DNA of 64,000 bases from Phaeosaccion multiseriatum (taxonomy: Eukaryota > Protista > Ochrophyta, other classes): assembly GCA_965112735.1 (NCBI GenBank), contig OZ218950.1, forward strand, positions 2,294,001 through 2,358,000, read 5' to 3'. The notes under the pieces are model-generated. The model was not told the origin of the DNA. It saw nothing but the letters and a program-made list of their open reading frames with translations, and did not search any database. A program made the position numbers and the translations under genes. Of this stretch, positions 57,867-64,000 are shown in pieces (position 1 is the stretch's first letter; every line of letters begins with the position of its first letter).

Positions 57867-59457
57867 GCGCACACACACACTTACACGCACACACGCACAC
57901 ACACACACACACACACACTTACACACACACATGCCGAGTACCACAACCAATTGTATGAACAAACGTACACTGTCAATGGACACGATCTCTTCTATACTTT
58001 CTTGTACTCAACTTTTTTTTCTCTCATCATAATATAAGCAACCCTCTTTCCACTCCTTTTCATCATCAAACAACCCTCTGTTCCATTTCTTCTCATCTAT
58101 GCACACAGGTGATGGTAGTGCACAGCCGCTTTGTGGCCCCCGTCCCTGACTCGCTCCCTCTGGAGAAGGTCGGCCCTATCCTCTGTGCAGGCATCACCAT
58201 GTACGACCCGCTGGTGCATTGGAAGGCCGGCAGCGAGGAGGGGCAGAGGAGGCGCGTGGGGATTATTGGCGGAGGCGGCCTGGGCATGATGGGCATCAAG
58301 ATCGCCAAGGCCATGGTGAGGGAGGGAGGGAGTGGGAGGGAGGGAGGGATGGGTGGATGGAGGGAGGGATGGAGGGAGGAGGGAGGGAGGGAGGGAGGGA
58401 GGGACGCTTTGTTCTTGTTTCCTGGTGTTGTTAGGGTGGTGATGATGTTTATCTTCTTACGTATTGTTGTGTATGTCCAGGGCTGCGAGGTGACCGCCGT
58501 TACACGATCGACGACCAAGGTGGAGGAGCTCAAGGCCATGGGAGCGGACAAGGTGAGGCATATGGGCAGGCAAGCATATGGGCAGACGGGGGGGCAGGCA
58601 GGCAGACAGTGAGGCAGACAGAAAGGCACATGACAGAGGAGAGAAGATAGGAGGGGGAGGTAAAAGAGAGGAGAAGGTACTCCCGCACACATTCACGCAC
58701 GCACATCCGCCCTCCCTCCTTCCCTCTCTCTTCCTCCCTCTCCCCTGCTCAGGTGCTTGTGAGCAGCGACGCGGAGGGCATGAAGGAGGGGGCAAAGTCT
58801 CTGGACCTCATCCTCGACACGGTCTCTGCCTCACATCCCATCAATGAGGAGGTAGGCCTTGCGCTGGAGAGACAGAGGCAGAGAGGGAAGAGAAAATTTC
58901 ACCGGGCTACTCCTTATAGACCAATCTACGTGTAAGCACCGTTGTTGCTTGTAACCTTAAACTTTTTTATTCCTCGTTCCCCCCCTCCCTCCCCCCACCC
59001 CCCCCATACCCCTCCCTCCCTCCCTCCCTGCCTCCCTCCCTCCCTCCCTCCCTCCCTCCCTCCCTCCCTCCCTCCCTCCCTCCCTCCCTCCCTCCCTCCC
59101 TCCCTCCCTCCCTCCCTCCCTCCCTCCCTCTCCCTCCCTCCCCATCAACTGCCATCCCTCCCTCTCAAGGTGGGTCTCCTCGCCAATGGCGGTCAGCTCG
59201 TGCTTCTCGGTCTTGTCACCGCCCCCGTGGAGCTCTCCACAATGCCCCTTCTCTTCGGCCGCATGTCCGTGGCGGGCTCGTGCATTGGAGGCATGAAGAA
59301 CACTCGGGATGTGCTTGTGTTTTGCGCCAAGCACGACATTCTGCCGGACACGCAGCTCATCAACGGAAGCTCCGAGGAGATTAACGGTGTGTATAAGACG
59401 CTTAGGGCAGGGACCGCGGGCCTCAAGCGCTACGTCATTGACGTCGCCAACATGTGA
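56435..59457 (+). CDS. Zn-dependent NADP alcohol dehydrogenase (cinnamyl alcohol dehydrogenase-like), 9 exons
   Basis: Motifs FCGICHSD, VPGHEIAG, GDRVGVGC, DSCMDCASC...EQYC, TQGGYS, PILCAGITMYDPL, GGGGLGMMG, DLILDTVS, VAGSCIGG, RYVID. Exons ~56435-56468, 56662-56768, 56965-57032, 57219-57308, 57628-57771, 58109-58315, 58481-58552, 58753-58851, 59170-59457. Confidence 0.92.
57330..57482. repeat. ~33-bp purine-rich minisatellite in ADH intron 4
   Basis: Unit approximately GACCCAATAGAAAGAGAAGGGGAGATGGAGAAT, 4-5 copies. Confidence 0.85.
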
Positions 59458-60107
59458 TTGTGGTTTTGTCCAGCGGCAACACCTCATCAGAAGATACGGG
59501 GGGGGGTGTGTGTGTCGAACAAACAAATCGATGTATCAATACACGCTCTGGAGCTCACGCGTCACATATCGGAGCATAGGATGTACTTCTAAGCTGTGTG
59601 CAAGCTGTACGCAAGCCCCTCATGGGATGGACTCCAATGACGTCACCAATGCTGCCGATGGAAAGTAGGTAGGAGGGCGCGCTACATGAGGACACAACAA
59701 TGACATGATCACGTAAGCTTACGTAAGCTTAGGAGAGCAGAATGGGTGTGTGTATATGAGAGATGGACGCACTTCCGGGGCGCTTGTATTGTCTGGTCCC
59801 TTGGGGAGAAGGAAGCAAAAAGAACGAAAAGTGCACACGAAGACGACCCACATTACTTTGGAACAAGCCCACACCATTGCACTTATTTATGTATCTATGT
59901 ACTGACCTCCTGGTGTCGCTGAGGGCAAGCAAGAAGCACCTGGACTGGAGGCGAGTGTTTGTGCCATTGTGCCGCTTCGCCTCTCATTTCAGAACGACCC
60001 CCCCGCCCCGGGCCTCAAGCCCAAGAGGGACGTGTGGAAGGAGGTAGGAATGAAACTGCTCCGCATGCTGATCCAGCCTGGCCCCTCTCTCTCTCTCCCT
60101 CTCTCTC

Positions 60108-60158
<51 letters not shown>

Positions 60159-60739
60159 CTCTCTCCACACCGAGCTGCGACCCACGTGCTTCGCTCTGCT
60201 CCATTTCGTCGTGTGCCGGAGTGCCCGAAAAGCTCAAGTCACCCTGTGATGTGACAGGGGGGATGCTTGCACACAGACTGTACGCCTGCAACACCGAAGT
60301 AAAAATTCGATGCGATACAATAAATAGCATCCATTGATTGAAGATGCTACACAGAGAGAGGAGGAAACCAAAGATGGAGCGCCTAACACGGAGAGGAGAG
60401 AAGAGACAGAGGAGGGAGAAAGAGAGAGAGAGAGAGAGAGAGAGACTGTCCATCCACACGGAAGGGGCTGGTGCAAAGGAGAGAATGCCCCCCTCACACG
60501 TGGACACACTCTTCTCTCTCTCCCCCGATCAGCCCTCGCGTCCCTTCACCAGGCCTTGTGAGGACCTCAAGAGGACTGACAACCTTACAGGCAGGGCTTG
60601 TCTTCCATTGATTGCCATCCCTCAGCATGACACCCCACCATACCACGCCAACCCAATACGCCAAGCACGTGAATGGGATGGGCGCTTGCAGAGAGGAATG
60701 AGGCGCCAGAGCCTAGAAGCAGCTCACGCTCATCGGTCA

Positions 60740-61380
60740 CTAGAAGATGTCGTCGGCTTGTCCAGTGACCACCTGGGCATAGCGGGCTTTCAGCTGGTGG
60801 ATGGAAAGGGCAGCCATCGAGTGAAACAAGAAAGGAAGGAAGGAAGGAAGGAAGAAAGAAACACGGGGTGCAGAGCAGCGGGGAGAGTAGATGTTCAGTA
60901 CATGTTGAGAGAGAGAGAGAGAGCGAGAGAGAGGTTTCCTGTGGTTCTTCAACGACTGCGCTTCGATCAGAGTAACTGCCTCAAGCTCTTGCGACTGAGC
61001 AGCTAAACTAAGGTAGTAGGCGCCAGCCACACTTGGGGTGGGCTTGTACATCAAGCATCTTTTGGCGACTGACGAACTACTACTCGTACTACAATCGATA
61101 CTACTCGCCCATCAAATCGATCGTTCGTAAGACTACGTACCTGTTGGATAGAGTCCACGACTGGTTGGAGGACCTCCCTATCAATCTTCCCCGTCCGTCG
61201 CTCCATCTCGTCGGCAGTGGTCACGAGCAGATCGGCCTGCTTGTAAATCTAAAGCAGAGAGGAGAGAGCCCCCACGAGTGGGAAGTACACGCAGCGCCGA
61301 ACAGGGGGTTAAGCGAAAGTAGAGTCGTCAACAGCCTTTGGGGGGGGGGGTAGTACTCTGTCTGTCTGTCTCTGCCTGCC

Positions 61381-61445
<65 letters not shown>

Positions 61446-61448
61446 GCC

Positions 61449-61491
<43 letters not shown>

Positions 61492-62199
61492 CTGTCTATC
61501 TGTCTGTCTGTCTGTCTGTATCTATCTTACTGTCTTTTTCTTACTCTTCTCACCTCGTCTTCTATCCCAAGCGCAACCATGGCTGAGCGAGCCCTCTGTT
61601 CCACAGTCATTTGCTTGATCTTCTCTTGCCCTATTCGTCGACACGGGAGGCAGCGGCACAGCAGACATGAGGTTGTGATAGGCCATACAAGCGTTGTGGA
61701 CCAACAACTACACTCCCCATGCGCTACAAGATCTGATCTACCTTTGCAAAGAACCCTCCCACGTCAGAGAGAGTAGAGAAGCGATTAAAGAGAAGCGAAT
61801 ATGTGTGGCCGCGTCTCTCCTCGTCTCTCCTCGCAGCCCCCGCACTACCACGTCTCCACACACCTGTACATAATAACCCCCCCCTCCTCTCCCCTTCTTC
61901 TTCTCGTTACCTTTCTTCGACTGCTCCTCAAAGAAAGCCTCCATCTCATCCGGCTGAGACAAAGACGAAAGCACGACTTGGCTCCCACTGCCTCGCTCTC
62001 TGCGCTTCGTTCCGAGCATCCTTTCCGCCCCGCAGCCGCTACTGCTGCTCCAGCTGCTTCCCTCGAAGGAGGCGCGACAGCTTCTTGCGCGAAAGTGAGT
62101 TGGGGAGGCACTTGTGGTCCTGAAAGCCGGGGAGAATGCGTGTGTCGTTGTCAACAGCATGAGTAGGAGGCAAGGGAGGAGCGGAAAGAGAGGCTCCAT
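60740..62199 (-). CDS. Uncharacterised plastid-targeted protein, about 4 exons
   Basis: Signal peptide plus THAFSP motif. Putative exons ~62199-61911, 61630-61554, 61248-61141, 60794-60740 give FFEEQSKKGQEKIKQMTVEQRARSAMVALGIEDEIYKQAD...SIQQLKARYAQVVTGQADDIF*. Confidence 0.65.
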
Positions 62200-62781
62200 A
62201 GTGCAGCCAACTAGTGGTGTGCCAAAAGGGGGTCAAAGAGGGAGAGAGAGACCAGATGGAGAGGAAAAAGAGAAGAAAAATTGAAAAAAATATGAGAGCT
62301 GAAATTTCAAACTCCGCCGTCGGAACTGGCGTTACATACACTTGTGTCCCCTCAGGTGACTCCGCCCGCCCGCACGATTACGCTTTGTTTGTATCCTCTC
62401 CAATTCGCTGTAGACTAAAACCAACGCCAGAGCAGACGTCAGCAGTGAGAGCAGACGCAGCAACCAGCAGCAGTAACAGCAGCAACAGGAGGAGAGAAGG
62501 AAGACGAGGAGAGAGGCACTCTCTTCGTGAGAAGCGAAAGTGAGAGAGGAGAAGAGGTGGTGGAGCAGCAGCCGCAGGAATCTCGCACACGAACAATCAA
62601 TACCTGAAGCGGAAGCAGTGAGAGCAGTAGTGAGAGCAGCAGCAGCAGCAGCAGCAGCAATAGCAGCAGCAAGAGGGAAGCAACAAGGCGAGAAAAGGCG
62701 GCACCCCCTAGAGGCAATAATACCTGAAGGCGAGGTAGTGCGAGGGTCAAGCACCAAGAGGAAAGCGAGAGAAACCAAACC

Positions 62782-64000
62782 ATGAATACCAGCGGCTTCC
62801 TTTCTCGCAACTCGGCTGCTGGCCTTGCGTCTCTCCTACTTCTGCATGGAGCATTGCTCGCAGTGAGAGCGACAGCCCCGCCTCAGGCTTCCTGTGACGT
62901 GGAGTCCCTCCAGAGCCTTATCAACATGTGTGACGAGTGCGAGATGGCGTGCGGGGAGCAAGGAAACTCATGCTTTTTCGATCCATTGTGCCTAAGCTTG
63001 CCAGGTGAGTGAGCAAACCCATCCTCCTCTTCCCCACCCACTCTTCTATTTCACTGCTCATCCAACCACCGTCACTCACTCACTCACTCACTCTTCTATT
63101 TCACTCCACAGGCATAGGCTGCAATGCCATGGGTCTTCGAGGCTGCCGAGAGTGCGAGTTCGGGAGAGCAGATGAGATTATTTGCAGATTGTGCCCCTGG
63201 AACGTAGGTGCGTGGGTGCGTGGGTGCGTGCGTGGGTGGGCGGGTCCGTGGGTGAGTAGACAGATGGAAAGAGGAGATGGATAGACATATGCATGACCGG
63301 ATGGATGGGTGGGAAGGAGGAGGAGAACCAGCCTGCCCGAAGTTAGAAGAGGAGGCCCGCGCCTCCTCGTCACCTCCCCTCGTCTCCTCCCTCGCTCCCG
63401 CCTCTGCCTACCCGGGTCACCACGACTTTCATCAGCCCGCCGTTGCAAACACTTGCCGTTGTTAGCCACGCGAAGCTAAGTCGCGCCCGAGTGCAGATTC
63501 AGGAAAGTTCACTCTTTCCAGCCTGTTCGGTTCCAGCTACAGCTCATCGTACCCCTCCACCTTCCCTCCCTCCCTCCCTCCCTCCCTCCCTCCCTCCCTC
63601 CCTCCCTCCCTCCCTCCCTCCAGACGATTGCATCCCCAACCCCGAAGCAGCGCCGCCAACGCCGGCCCCCTCACAAACACCTGCGCCAATCGTTCCAGGC
63701 CCTTCTGTTCTCGCACCAAGCCCTACACCGACGGGAGCGCCCTCCTTCATGAGCGTTACTTCTCTAGCCACGGAGGACGGGGAGTCAGGGGATCCCGCTG
63801 ACGGAGAAGAGACTCCCTCGATGGCACCTTTCGTTTCGTCCGCTCCCTTCCAGACGGCGGGGTACTTCTCGTCGGGGGCACCAACCGCTTCACCGTTCGG
63901 GTCAGGAGGAGGGGAATGGTTTTCCACCGGTGCGCCAACTGCTTCACCAATGGATTGGACCTTCTCAACCTTTCCCACCGGAGCTCCGACGGCCTCCCGG
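62782..64000 (+). CDS. Secreted/cell-surface protein with Cys-rich module and Pro/Thr/Ser-rich linker (3' truncated by window)
   Basis: Signal peptide, then CDECEMAC...SCFFDPLCLSLPGIGCNAMGLRGCRECEFG...CRLCPW, then TPAPSQTPAP/APTASP repeats. Exons ~62782-63004, 63112-63203, 63625 onward. Confidence 0.7.

Noticed and set aside
59620-60250. Short exon-like pieces (e.g. NDPPAPGLKPKRDVWKE)
   Set aside because: No coherent start-to-stop model could be built.

Overview
This is eukaryotic nuclear DNA, not prokaryotic. Genes have GT-AG introns packed with microsatellites, and several proteins carry bipartite plastid-targeting presequences (signal peptide plus an ASAF/AF-type motif). This points to a photosynthetic stramenopile (ochrophyte) or a similar alga with a complex red plastid. 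Spliced genes that can be rebuilt by eye: PAP/fibrillin, a CaMK-type kinase, NOSIP, a POT1-like telomere protein, protoporphyrinogen oxidase, an EF-hand protein, a YidD homologue, plastid Cpn60, RPN8, GINS Sld5, a CAD-like alcohol dehydrogenase, an unknown plastid protein and a truncated Cys-rich secreted protein. Intronless genes: a large PH-domain protein and two inverted ankyrin-BTB paralogues. Five observations stand out. (1) The ankyrin-BTB pair differs mostly at ankyrin binding-surface positions, suggesting diversifying recognition or E3-adaptor proteins. (2) A perfect duplication with a 4425-bp offset has its junction next to a subterminal-repeat block and a decayed Helitron helicase. 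(3) A 15-nt motif, TGTATCACCAACTGC, recurs inside CAG tracts at unrelated loci and is cut at that junction. (4) There is a TA-flanked MITE and a second partial copy. (5) Two PPO introns carry mutually complementary minisatellite cores. All exon boundaries were inferred by eye and no database searches were run.
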